From the NCBI GenBank assembly GCA_012026655.1, contig JAAILG010000040.1, positions 1-64,000 on the forward strand: DNA of 64,000 nt. The letters are read 5' to 3'. The translations under genes and the position numbers were made by a program. This document shows positions 24,240 through 35,152 of the stretch, piece after piece. Below the pieces are notes generated by a model that saw only the letters and a list, made by a program, of their open reading frames with translations, had not been told where the DNA came from and ran no database searches. This stretch comes from Hydrolagus affinis (taxonomy: Eukaryota). Positions within the stretch are counted from its first letter, which is position 1. Each line of letters starts with the position of its first letter.

Positions 24240-27201
24240 TTGTTAGTATTCTAGATTTAATAAGACAAGCATAACAGATAGTTCCATGTTCTGAAGATTA
24301 ACAAGGTCATCTATACAACAAGTATTAATAACTGAAACATTCCGTGATGAGTTTATATCATATAAGAGTGGCACAAGTACAGAAAACATGAGTTTGTAAA
24401 TTTCACATGTCTTCATTGAGTGATAACATACCACGGTATCACTGACAAGGGCACCTCTGAATTTTTAATGCTGATACACTATAAAGTTCACTAACAAAGG
24501 GTAGTACTTAAACCATTTAAGACTAATACAATACTATATATATTCACACAGCGGTGAGATGACATCACGCCACTACAAAGTTAAATAAGTTACCGTCTAT
24601 TTGTAGGGTACTTTACAACATCCTTGTAAGCATACAAATTAAGAAAATTATTCTGTTAAACTTGATACAAGTTTTCACATTTTCTTTTAAGGAGACATAA
24701 AAGCAATAATTTGACAAATACTGGCTGCAGTTCTCTGTGGTAGGGAAAGGTTGACCTGAAAGTTGCTGAAGATTGGTGTTACAATGGTCAAAGGCTGAGG
24801 GAATCATGCATATTGAAGGCTTACTTCTGTGCTTTACAGTATAGGCTGAAAACTGCGGTCAATATTTGCTTTGCTATTCCCCTGGGCTTACACTTATTTC
24901 AAAAGCAAGAAACCTCTGCACCTGTCCTGTGCCAGCCACACTTTGAGCTTCAGGAAGCCAGAAGGCAACACTTATTGTTCCACTGCTCCTAAGGCTATTT
25001 GATGATCTGTCACAACGTCAATTAGCAGGCAACACTGAAGAATATTTCCGCAAGTGTAACAGTTCCTGGGGTGGAACGTGATCACCCATTTCAAGCCCAA
25101 GGTATAATAAAATGAAACGGACATAAGGCTACACATCAGAAATTATACTTTGGTTCGTCAACATTTCCACAAAAGAATTGCAGGCAAAACTAAAAATAAG
25201 CTGCTCCCTTACGACAGAAAATGCAGGAACCGTACAGAAATGGCTTTGCGTCTGGGAGCGGTTTATTAAATCGGATCATCGTTAAAATGCCGGTACCTAT
25301 AAATCTTGGCATGGTTAGGAACTGGCATTTACAAATACTACATGGTTCATTTTGCCGTAAAATACAGTAGTCACACAAATGACGGAACAGTTTAATAACA
25401 CAATTCATCCGGATAAAAAGAAATTAGAGTCAATGACACACACCTAGGTAGGAAACGGAAACTTAAAAGATCAGCATACATATCTTTAAAATCTGTAAAT
25501 GAATCTCTGGATGCCATGCATATTCTGATAAGGCTAATGAAAATATACAATTTATTTAAACCCTTTCCCCCCACCCCCACCCAAAGAATCTTAATTGCAA
25601 AAGGTTTGCCCTACAAATACAAACCACTACACAGCATGAATTGAAAACCTTTTGTTTGCATCGTGAACAATGGTTTGATTTTCGCCATTGCAAATATCTT
25701 AGTCTCAACAAGAGTCATAAAGGATGTATGTGAGTGCTTCGCAGCTAGTTAATAGAAACATCATTTGTGCCTTGTAGAAAAAAAATCCTCTAGATCTTAG
25801 ATCAATTTTTTTTTAAAAGCCAGTGATTCTAAGCAGAAGTAATTCAGTCTTATAGAAACTGATATAATAAAAAGTTTTATGCGTGTACAATAACTTCACA
25901 ATCGTTCACTAATTTAAAATTTAAGTAAAAATTTGCCGCTCTGTATTCTGTGACCATTTTTCTTGGTGGAAATACTTCACTGACTCAATAGGGCATTGCT
26001 GCATTTTGCGTATCGACATTGCCGACATTTACAGAGGTCACAGTGTGAACTTTGACTTCCTGCTTCAAATTCTTATTATGCACGTCAATAAAAATCAAAA
26101 AGCAGCAAAGTTGCACATCCAGAACTTGCACCAGTATTATTGTTTTTCAAAAAAGAAATGCTGAATCGACATCCCTATGCTCCCTCCCCAAACATTAACA
26201 CTTTATTCCTAATTACAAAATGTACACGCCATTGTCCTACGTCTGAATCTTCTGACCGAATGTAATCACAAGATGCAGAACTTTGGGTATAGAGCACATT
26301 TGAAGAAAAATAAGACACAAGGTTTGGAGCAGCCATATTGCATACCTATGAGGCACGGTTTGCACGAGGATGATTTGTGTGTGTTTTTTTGACAACTCAA
26401 TGGTGCCATAGCTGCCATTTGAACTAGTGCCTTCTACCTATCAATCACTTTCTAAGACATTCGTTAACAAGGAGACTCTCCAAAATCAGATTCCGTAGTC
26501 CACATTGTTATTTAAAACTGAAGTGACTATTTCTTTTAGACTTGTGCCATTTCTCAGTTACGCACATTAATGTTATTGTTTCATTCCTTTCCTCTGCTTT
26601 TTGAATGTGGCCACAGTATGCAATTTGTAAAACACTGCTCTTCTGTAAAGCTGTACTAGCTGGTGTTCTATCGGGGAAAGGGGAGCTGTTTGGTCCCTTA
26701 AACTGACAGCCATTGCAATGTTATGGAGTCAGCGTGAAAAAATACTTAGCTAGGATCCCATCCCGTTGTATTCTCATATTCAAGATCTGCGGATCTACAG
26801 TTCAGAAGTGGGTTGGTTATGAGTCATTGAAATCAACTAATGGGGCTCAAAGTTGCTTACACCACTAATGTTTCAGTGGTCACTGGTTGCCACTAAGCCA
26901 GCACCTGGAAACCACTTCTGAACTGTGGACATCTACAATACAAATTGACATTCATACCACAACACGTTTTATTACTTGTACAATATGTCCTTGAGAAAGA
27001 AAGGCAGACTACAGCAAAGGGTCCCATGCATCTTATTCTCCAACAAATATTGTACTTCTGGCAAGCGTTCTTCATGGCCCATCACCATTTTCTTTACTTT
27101 ATTTGAAGCCTGTTGGTAATACGAACTAAATGGAAATTGAACAAAATGCAGTCACATCCCCAAACTTGCTACAGAGTGAAGGATGTTTGTGCAGACTTCG
27201 C
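24240..27201 (-). other. chl1: Putative long 3' UTR of the chl1-like gene
   Basis: About 3 kb with no recognisable repeats directly after the stop. Minus-strand AATAAA at 27098-27103, 26968-26973, ~26202, ~25551 and ~25262; ATTAAA at 24256-24261 followed by a U-rich tract. The end point is inferred. Confidence 0.5.
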
Positions 27202-27421
27202 TCATGCGTTAGCGGGAGACGTAGCTGTGGAGCTTTCATTTCCATCCACTGCGCCATTTTCTTTGTTTCCACTGTACTGTCCAATGAATGAACCGTCTTC
27301 ATTAAACTGTCCCTCCGATCCACCTTCTCCATACTTTGCCAGGCTGTCATCACTGCCTGTTGGCTTCACATCCTCAGTGAGAGACTGCTGGCTTCCTTTC
27401 AGGGGCCTGTCTTCATTGTCA
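27202..27421 (-). CDS. chl1: CHL1-like neural cell adhesion molecule, terminal coding exon (cytoplasmic tail)
   Basis: Acceptor ttttctttccag|T. Reads (S)[72 protein letters not shown] (220 nt). L1-family ankyrin-binding FIGQY at 27274-27288. Confidence 0.96.
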
Positions 27422-29256
27422 CTGGAAAGAAAATCATCCTCTCTCAGAATGTGGTGAAGACAGTTCAGGAAAATTCCAATAATTCCTTTGATTTCTTTTT
27501 TCTCTGCTATTGGGAATTACAGTGTAGAAATAGTTCCATGCTATTAGCCTGCACTTTGCGTCAATTTATATGAATTATCTGATTTACTGCTGATTTCCTT
27601 CCATCCAGGAATCGATTACTGTGATGTACTCAGAAATCTTAATTTCTTCCTATTGAAGGCTAATTTTATTAATTGAGTAGAAACACTTAAAACAAAGAAC
27701 ACCGTTGTAACAGTCAGGCTTTGGTTACAATAAATTAACATGGTCTGGTTTCAGCCTCTGTGCAAGATTTGGTTCATAACTTGATACCACTTTCATTTAA
27801 TAGCCAAAAGCACTTCTACAAGAGAAGGAGAGTTAGCGTCCAGTGTTTCCTCTGGGAGGTGGAGATGGGGATGGTGGGATTCCCAGCTTCAGGGAGTTCC
27901 AGTCTATCTTGGGAAGTACTGAATCTGGCTAATTTCCTGAGCCAATTCTGGAGGTTGGATTATCTATTTGTATTCATAACTGCTTCCGGTAGTTTGAACA
28001 CATTGAAATACTTCAATGTAGCCTCAACAACAGGTTTCAACAATTCGATTCAAAGTTACAGGTAACTGTTATTCTATTAGGTTTTTGGGAATAGCTGTAC
28101 ATTGACGGAAATGAACAATTAATGTCAATAATAATCCAAATTCATCTTTCCTCTTTCAAAATCTGTTTCTTGTTCACAGATTGTGCTGTTTTCATTTCTC
28201 ATTCTGGAGTCACGTTTTCCTACACTTTTCTACATTAAAATCAATTTGCAATTCATTGAATAAGTTGTCCTTTTAATAGAGTCAGATCATGTTGAATGCT
28301 GTTTATCTATCTGATTCTATTTGGGTAACATTTTTCCAAGTTATACCAAGGGTTCATATTTCATTCTTTGGCATGTTTGATCAGAAGAGGGGCAAAATGA
28401 GTGGTCGATAATGTTTTCATGGAATAGTGATTTCTCGGTCAAGCAGTATAATTAGTTAATTATTCAGAAATACTATTAAACCAAAAACAAAATACAATCA
28501 TATTTACCAGCTAAATAGATCATCCATAATTTAACTATACAGTATTCTAATCTGAAATAATTTTTTATATGAATATAAGTCTTGCTGCAAAAAGCAGCTA
28601 TGAGTTACTTTTGAAATATCCAGAGACCAATTTACCTTCCACTGACCCGACCAAATTGCCGGCAATAACTGTATGCAATGCGAAACGCAATATTCAGATA
28701 ATACTTTTTTTTGAATCATTGCATGCAACATGCTTATCACAAGAAGCAAAACACAAACTGCACAAATCGCACTCCGCTCGTACAGAAATAATCTAGGAGC
28801 TTGAATATTGGCTGAATTCACAATATTGACTCCACATCAATTGTTCTAGCGAAAACTTTCATTGAGCTGTTATGATTGATAATGCTTTTGGGCTTTCCTT
28901 GGCCAGAGAATGAAACCAAATCAAAGGTAAAAACGTAGCCTTTTCATTATTTAACATTTACGCGTTCGAGAAACACAGAACGTATTTTGAAATGCAAATT
29001 ACATTGGGGGATGAAAATATGTTGTTTCCTGTTTCAAATTATGCTCCACATAATGAGTCAAATTTAAGCCCCTGATTCATTGTAAGTGTAGATTTTATGC
29101 AAAAATAAATGTGGAAATGCTTCAAAGATTAAGTTGCAGCTTAAGAATGTGACAGATGGAAGAAGCTAAAATTAAGAAGACAGCTGGCAGAAGAATCCAT
29201 TATCTACGTAAAAAAAAAACTGGACAAAAACCAACTGGACACAATTACCATCTTAC

Positions 29257-29268
29257 CTTTCCAGTGAC
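29257..29268 (-). CDS. chl1: 12-nt RSLE microexon
   Basis: gggaacag|GTCACTGGAAAG|gtaaga, phase 2-2. Joining gives TAC AG|G TCA CTG GAA AG|T GAC = YRSLESD, at the position of L1CAM exon 27. Confidence 0.9.
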
Positions 29269-30124
29269 CTGTTCCCATTGAAGTTAGCAATAAGAAAGAA
29301 GAGCATAAAAACATATTAAAGAGCAAAATCCTCTGCTGTGCATGTAAAGGGAAATGGTTCGGTGATTTTAAATTATTGCAGCGAGTGAATAAACTGAGGT
29401 TGAAAAAATATTATAATTTGTTCATTTATCTCTGTATAATTATTTCATCTTGGATTCATGGTAAAGAAATGCATTTCCCCGCTATTTGCTGTGCTCTTAT
29501 GGATTATATTGGCTTTGACTAGAGTTCATTGTTGCTAAACATATTTGTCTTCTAAATACACTGCGAGCGCAATGTGAATTTCAATAAGGAGGGGAAGGAA
29601 ACAGTGTGTCGGTTTCTTGGATTACAATGTTGGGCAAAATGATTTGGTTTCCACCTTCAATGTACTGTATTACCTTCGTCTCACTGATGTAAAACAACCT
29701 AAATTGCTGTCCCTTTACAATCTATCACCTATTAATTTGAAAATGAATGTCTACATTTGGGGTAAATGTATCCATATAAAATGGATACCAGCTCATTCTT
29801 CAAGAATATAATGAATCCCACAATAAAAACTTTGTGTGATTTATTGATTCCTCCACCCCCACCACCAAGTTTCCACTTGTACGCACACACATGTCACTCA
29901 CAAGGTCATAAGAATGTTTTGGATGAATGAAGAATGCCCATCAGCCCATTTGATCCTAACCTTCCATAATACCCACCCGTCAGTCTTCCCAACACAGCAT
30001 GAGCTGACTCCCCCCTCTTTTTTACAGAAGGTCAGGACTTCAACTGTGGCTTCAATATTGCACTAAATAAGTGCAATTTCTCTGTTTTGGAGGCTATATA
30101 TTCACCTGCTCTCTGGCCAACGTA

Positions 30125-30185
30125 ATACAATACAAAATGACACTTGTGTTAGCGCCTTTCACGTCGGCAGGACGTCCCAAGGTGC
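30125..30185 (-). mobile_element. L2 3'-tail fragment
   Basis: caaaatgacacttgtgttagcgcctttcacgtcggcaggacgtcccaaggtgc. Confidence 0.72.
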
Positions 30186-30257
30186 TGTGTGCATTTTATT
30201 GCAAACTGCTAACCCGTAATTCAGACTGGGAGAATGCAGCAACATTGTTGGAATTTG

Positions 30258-30442
30258 AAACAAAAACAGAAGTTGCTGGGGAAACTCAGCAGGTCAGGCA
30301 GCATCCATGGAGAAAGGAAAAGAAGTCAAAGTTTCGGGTCTACGACCCTTTGTCAGAACTTGGAGTGCTGCCTGGCCTGCTGAGTTTCCCCAGCAACTTC
30401 TGTTTTTGTTTCAGATTCCCAGCATCTGTAGTACTTTGTGTT
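30258..30442. mobile_element. Palindromic Penelope-derived non-autonomous element with vestigial hammerhead ribozyme and 13-bp TSD
   Basis: Inverted arms 30257-30303 / 30366-30412. Minus-strand core CTGACAA-AGGGTC-GTA-GACCC-GAAAC at 30324-30360. Direct repeat ttgttggaatttg at 30245-30257 and 30443-30455. Confidence 0.75.
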
Positions 30443-31879
30443 TTGTTGGAATTTGGTTTTGCAGGAATTCAATATAACGCATTGAGAGAAATATGGAACA
30501 CTGCTCCAAGTCTGAAATCACAGCCATCTCCAGCCAGTCCTGTAACATTTTATATCTGGCATTGGGTGAACAAAAATCTGCTATCTAACTGGATCACTGA
30601 GATTCAAATATCTTACTTAAAATTGTACGTAATACAAATCCCGGCATCAGATTGATATCTTAAATCCAGCCTGCTGAGTTAATATACTGCAGGGTTCATC
30701 TGATTAAACTGCAACTCAGACTTGGGGGAGGATGGAGGTTAGATTTAAACCCTTTACGAACCGTAAGATCTGGGATCAGTTCCAAATGAGTGTCTTTGCC
30801 TGTTGCTAAAAATAATAAGCATCGGTTGATGCAATTTCCCTAGTCATTTCTAGTCGCCGTTGCTTTGCTTTGTCAGAGACCATTTACATTCTCCATAAAG
30901 CACCTTATAGTGTGTGTGTCTGTGAGCCAGTTAGCAAAACGGTTCTAATCTTTACTCGGATGAATCAAGTCACAATTATGAAAAGAGTTCAATTCTTCAA
31001 ACGGAGAATGCTGGGTGTTTTGAATTGATTTTCCCCGTGTGTTTTTTTTGTTGTTGCTGTAACTGAGATGCCCTCATGAAGATCACATCAATTACAGGAG
31101 ATATACACGTTAAAGAAGTGACACGTTATTAGTTCCATCATTCATTGCTGATGTCCTAGGTCAGGAAGTGAAACGAAAAGGGTGAATCATCAATACACGA
31201 GAAAGATGATTACATTTTAATTGATCAGCCATGAATTAATTATTGGCTTTGATTGATTAGAAACACTGCAGTCAGTGAACCGGCACCAAAGAGCACGGGG
31301 CAAATGAAGTGCGCAAAGAAATTGACATCTAAGTCTCATTAGGCTAACTGGCAAAACAGGCAGTATCTGTTAACAGTACAGTGCATCAATCTGCAGGAAG
31401 GACAAAGACAAAATCTACTCCTGACTCAGGAGAATATAAAAATTCCACGCGAAGGATGACATTACATCTCTGCAGGGGTTCTGGTAATTGAAGTACAACA
31501 TGAAAATCAAAGCAGATAGTGTGTCTGCTCCACTGGAGAGTAGGTTTGGCAAGTCAGTCATTCAATACACCACCGTACAGCTTAGCTCAGAATGATGATG
31601 AAAATGAGAGCAGTAGCAAAACAACCCATTCACCTCCTGCCTGAGAACCTCGCTGTACTGATTGAACAACAATCTCAAGTATTCCCTCTTTTTTTTAATC
31701 AGTTTTAAATAAATCACTAAAACATTGATCAACGTAAACGCTCGTTTCTTGCCTCCCCCTCAGACCCTGCTGTGCGCAGAATAAAAATGAGATAAAAATA
31801 TGAGCGAATGCAAACGCAACAAACTGCAGACACTGCTGCATAATGAAGGGGCATCCGTCAGCAGAGATGGAGAAGGAAA

Positions 31880-32110
31880 AAGGATTTCAGTGAGTATTGA
31901 TCATTCATTGAAGGTTTACAGACATGGTGAAGCTGCTGTGGACAAAGCTAATCAAATGCTAGATTGCATCTCGAAGGTATTTGACTACAAATCGAAAGAC
32001 GTTATCCCAACATTGTATCAATCACTGGTGAGACAACATTTGGAATGTTACCTGTGGTTTGGGCAGCCCTAACATTCTGAAGGGCAATGAAATGTTCACG
32101 GAAGGACAGA
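31880..32110 (+). mobile_element. CR1 LINE ORF2 C-terminal fragment
   Basis: IDHSLKVYRHGEAAVDKANQMLDCISKVFDYKSKDVIPTLYQSLVRQHLE resembles CR1 KANRMLGCI....YKS.EV...LY.ALVRPHLEY. Confidence 0.85.
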
Positions 32111-32309
32111 GAAGAGGAAAATTTAGTGGAGTGGGTGGGGGGCGGGGGGTACCATCCGGTCTTTGGAAACATCTATGACTTATGTAAGGAGGCGATTTAT
32201 TCATTTGAGAACACGGCAAGCAAAGATATGTGGAAACAAAAGGTTACATAATCATGTAGGACAGGAAAATGAGAAGATATTTTATTCCCATCTGGAGGAT
32301 AAGGCGTCA

Positions 32310-32730
32310 GTCAGCCTGGCTCAGTTGGTAGAACTCTTGCTTCTCAGTCAGAAGGTCATGGGTTCAAGCACCAGGTCAGGCTTTTCAACCAACTGTCTAG
32401 GCTGACACTTCGAGGGGAGTGCTGCATTGTGAGAGGACATTGAAACTGATGTGCTGTCTGCCTGTTCTGGTGGCTGTTGAAGATCCTATGGCAGTATTCG
32501 AAGAGTAAAAGGGATTTATCCCAGCCAATAACCTCCCCCCCCCACCCACCCCCCCAGATAAAATTGATCGTTCACTTCGTTTATGGGCAATTGTTGTCCA
32601 CAAATTGACTACCACCGTTCACCTACAAAATAGAGTAATTACTCTCTTGCAGTAAACGCTGTGAAATGCTTTGAGGGACACTATACCCATGAAATGCACT
32701 ATAATTCAAATGCAAAGATTATTATTATTT
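32310..32730 (+). mobile_element. Older DeuSINE (SacSINE1-like), near full length
   Basis: gtcagcctggctcagttggtag..cttgcttctcagtcagaaggtcatgggttcaag head, tctaggctgacact, gagtgctgcattgt, gatcctatggcagtattcgaag, tail. Confidence 0.78.
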
Positions 32731-34137
32731 TACATAAACTGCCAAAGAAAAATACTTGATGTTCAGTCAGATGGAAAATTATCTGCTTGAGAACATTATT
32801 AGAAGTTACAGGGAAATCAACAAATTCTCCAAAGGTAAAAGCTGTGAATTGAAGGTGGGAGAAAGAGAGGGGATGTTTCTGTGTAAAGAGATGTGGGGAG
32901 GGATACATTCTCTTCATTGTGTATTTTAGTATTTTCGAGATCCAGGCAGCGTCAAAGCAATATCTTTTTCTAGGATATGTAGATTTAATCAATGACCTAA
33001 TGGGATTTGCTTAGACTGTGCAGAGTGAGAGTGATGGGCTAAAGTGGCATTTTCTCATTCTATGCTTTCCTCTGCATTTAAGTTCATGTCAAAAAGCTTA
33101 CATAAACATCCAGATCATTCAGTTCAAAGTAAATTGTCAAGAAAAATATCTTGATTTACCCATCCACTAAACCTACTCAGATTAACACAATGTAATGGTA
33201 GAATAGCAAACCAATACCATTTAACTAAATGAAATGTACAGTCAATTCTGTGAAGCGCTTTGAGACATCTCAAAGACGTGATCAGCGCTATATCAAATGC
33301 AAGTGTATTATTATTATTAGCTAAGAGAGTTAAAATAGTGATCTTAGGGAATCAAAAGAAAATACACAGTGCATAACAGGCTATTCAGTTCATTTTGTCT
33401 GTGCTGGTGCTTGCTGTCTCACTACTGCTATCTGATCTAAACCAATTCTCCTACTCTTTCACTGTGCCCTTCAATATTTCTCTTCCATACATTATGCTCT
33501 TTGAAAGAATATGTTTGAGATCACATTTTGCTTTTAGTTCAATTCTCCTGCCCTGAATCTACCTTTTGTGGCTACTTTGCAAAAAGAAATATCGTTACAT
33601 GTTGATTTATCATTGATTGGTGCGAAAAGCAATGAGATAGCAATGAGATGAGTGTTTAATGGAGGTGAACAATTCAATAATTACTTAAATAGGTAAATGG
33701 GATCAAAGGTATCAATTCCATCAAAATATTCTCCTACAGTTACATTTATTTCAATAGGTAAAGAAAATTCAGAGAAAATGTACCCTGTACAAGATACATA
33801 GTCAAATAATGAACTACTGTTACGATGATGTTGAATGTAGTCGCAAGTGTTTAAAATGAATTGTTAAAATATCTGCTGCTTAGAAAACTCAAGGTTATTC
33901 ACGCCCAGAGATCTGTGAATTGAAATGTATCTGAACTTCAGCTTTAGTGAGGTAATACTGCCTTCACACATCCTAATTAACCATAATTTGCTTTAAAGTC
34001 AAAAGCAAAACCGAACAATGAAATCCTAATAACTGTAATATGAATTTAACAGGACTGAAAAGCACGGGAGGAGATAATCCCACTACAGAAGTGACAAAAA
34101 TCTCAACACAAAATAAAAATGCAAAACAAAAATAAAA

Positions 34138-34435
34138 TAATAATAATCCTTGAATTTGATATAGAGCTTTTCACGTCTTCTAGACGTCTCAAAGCGCTTC
34201 ACAGAATGTACCGTAAAGTGAATTGACTGTATATTTGTGGGCGAAATGCGGCAGCCAATTGCGCACAGCAGTGTCCCATAAACAGTCATGGATTGAATTG
34301 ACCAATTTTATTCTTGTGTTTCTTGGTGGGAGGGATTATTATTAGGCGTGTGGAGTAAGGAAAGTTGCCCAAGTTTTCATCCTGACCTGCCTGGATTCGA
34401 ACATAAGTCTCACGCTTGTACTGAGCTACAGGACT
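34138..34435 (-). mobile_element. Near full-length tRNA-derived SINE
   Basis: Reverse complement of tail, body, B box (ggattcgaac) and head (ctgagctacaggact). Confidence 0.9.
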
Positions 34436-34581
34436 GCACAAATAAAAATAGTCCTTGCATTTGATAAGTCAGGAGAACGTCTCAAAGTGCTTGAAATTAT
34501 TTAGTGAAGTGCAGTGACTGTGCGTTTTGTAGTTGATTGTGGTTGCGTGGATTTGCGAGCTGCCTTGGAAAAGAGCTTTAC

Positions 34582-34654
34582 CTGTACTCTCCAAATGTTT
34601 CCTCTTTCATTGGCTGTGCTTCAGGATCAGCACGGGCGTCTTCTTTATCTTTAA
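34582..34654 (-). CDS. chl1: CHL1-like cytoplasmic exon (73 nt)
   Basis: ctcctacag|TTAAAGAT...GAGTACAG|gtaaag; reads (V)KDKEDARADPEAQPMKEETFGEY(R/S). Not in the ORF track. Confidence 0.95.
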
Positions 34655-34878
34655 CTGTAGGAGAAATAACACATAAGAATATTATATACCAGATTTGGTT
34701 TACAGTGTTATTATAAAATGCCAGGAATTGCAATGGATCTTGATCCTCAGAGCTCAACTAAACAAAAGCATCAGACATTCACTCATTCAAAACATGGGCT
34801 TGCATTCGGGAGGAACGAGATCAAATCAATCAAAGGACCCTCCTTGTGAGAATCTTTTGATCACAAAATAAACTAACC

Positions 34879-35152
34879 GACAGTCAATTTACAGTATATT
34901 CTGTGAAGCACTTTGAGAAGTCTCGAAGACGTTATATCAAATAATAATAATAATCCCTCCAAAAACAACCACAGTAATAAAATTGGTCTTTCAATCCACA
35001 ACTGTTTGTGGGACGCTGCTGTGCACAATTGGCTGCTGCGTTTCGCCCACAAATATACAGTCTATTCACTTTATAGTACATTCTGTGACACGCTTTGAAA
35101 CGTTTAGCAGACGTGAAAAGCGCTATATCAAATTCAAGGATTATTATTATTA
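34879..35152 (+). mobile_element. SINE tail fragment followed by a 5'-truncated SINE
   Basis: cagtcaatttacagtatattctgtgaagc... then taataatccctcc...gctgtgcacaattggctgctgcg...(tat)n. Confidence 0.85.

Noticed and set aside
27126-27353. 75-aa minus-strand ORF over the last exon
   Set aside because: Wrong frame; the conserved L1-family tail is in another frame ending at 27202.
27113-27457. 114-aa plus-strand ORF
   Set aside because: Antisense shadow of the chl1 terminal exon.
30071-30655. Longest ORF in the track (194 aa)
   Set aside because: It reads through an L2 tail and the palindromic element, lies antisense in a chl1 intron, and has no protein-like motif.
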